Shown here: in pieces, positions 63,680 to 64,000 of the stretch
Layout: every line of letters starts with the position of its first letter
Position numbering within the stretch: position 1 is the stretch's first letter
Source: a virus
Taxonomy: Duplodnaviria > Caudoviricetes
Length of the DNA stretch: 64,000 nucleotides
IMG/VR virus record: IMGVR_UViG_3300040811_001959
Strand: one strand, 5' to 3'
Position numbers and translations under genes: made by a program
Notes under the pieces: model-generated
Database searches by the model: none
Told to the model about the DNA's origin: nothing
Seen by the model: only the letters and a program-made list of their open reading frames with translations

Positions 63680-64000
63680 TTAATGATTTAGTTTTACACT
63701 ATTAACAGAACCATCAGTCCACGATGTTATTAAACATCTAACCCATACAAAATTACCAGTAAAGTTATACATTTTACTACTGGTTTCATTTACAAGATAT
63801 TCAACATAATTCGATATTGTATTTGTAGTCACATCTGTTATGTTAACTGTAAACCAATCTTCGTCTGCAGGATCGGTAGCTAGTGATGCTTGTATTTCTA
63901 CTTTACCTAAGAATCCTGTGAGCACAACTTGTACGGTATGGAAGCCATCTGCACGACCATAATAACCATCGCCTTTAAATTTTTCACTTGTAATAGTTTG
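63680..64000 (-). CDS. Hypothetical protein, 5' end outside the window
   Basis: Frame stays open to the window edge: ...KGDGYYGRADGFHTVQ...GNFVWVR. Confidence 0.7.
   Translation of the reverse strand, partial: QTITSEKFKGDGYYGRADGFHTVQVVLTGFLGKVEIQASLATDPADEDWFTVNITDVTTNTISNYVEYLVNETSSKMYNFTGNFVWVRCLITSWTDGSVNSVKLNH

Noticed and set aside
1-64000. Bacterial chromosome or prophage origin (prs, hemA, dnaE, fpr, yqgE present)
   Set aside because: The host-like genes are scattered among tail-fibre, gp41/gp61-like and small early genes with phage promoter motifs; there are no housekeeping operons, rRNA or integrase.
1-64000. Stop-codon reassignment (alternative genetic code)
   Set aside because: Long genes are intact in the standard code, and TAA, TAG and TGA all terminate genes at sensible, often coupled, positions.

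Overview
This window is best read as a 64-kb slice of a large lytic, T4-like tailed bacteriophage genome, probably infecting an alphaproteobacterium. Evidence: a Shemin-pathway ALA synthase, an alphaproteobacterial-type Prs, a gp41-like helicase, a gp61-like primase and TAAATA late promoters. No rRNA, integrase or cas genes are seen. From left to right: (1) prs and small genes; (2) a visibly AT-rich minus-strand operon of about 14 kb (3.6-18 kb) pairing a protein with a tract of 25 consecutive Cys-X dipeptides with two radical SAM enzymes, six 2OG-Fe(II)-oxygenase-fold proteins, two flavin-halogenase-fold proteins and a glycosyltransferase, several apparently catalytically degenerate; (3) tail-fibre and virion genes, plus putative head-internal proteins with T4-CTS-like N-termini; (4) hemA-ybaN, HNH, yqgE and a peptidoglycan hydrolase; (5) a tRNA region with three canonical tRNAs and one strongly non-canonical tRNA-like gene (UAU anticodon, no D-arm); (6) a non-coding repeat region (43-bp hairpin array, AT-rich 16-mers, five 20-bp iteron-like repeats) that may be an origin or terminus; (7) an early block with 12 near-consensus sigma70 promoter cassettes, five preceded by dif-like 11-6-11 inverted repeats; (8) a MotA/ExbB-like trio, a PHP-less DnaE, a CDGSH-like/ferredoxin reductase fusion, helicase, PRTase, carbamoyltransferase and primase. 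The strongest candidate for an undescribed system is the poly-(Cys-X) virion protein with its co-transcribed modification or metallocluster-maturation operon. All functional calls come from visual motif recognition; no database search was run.
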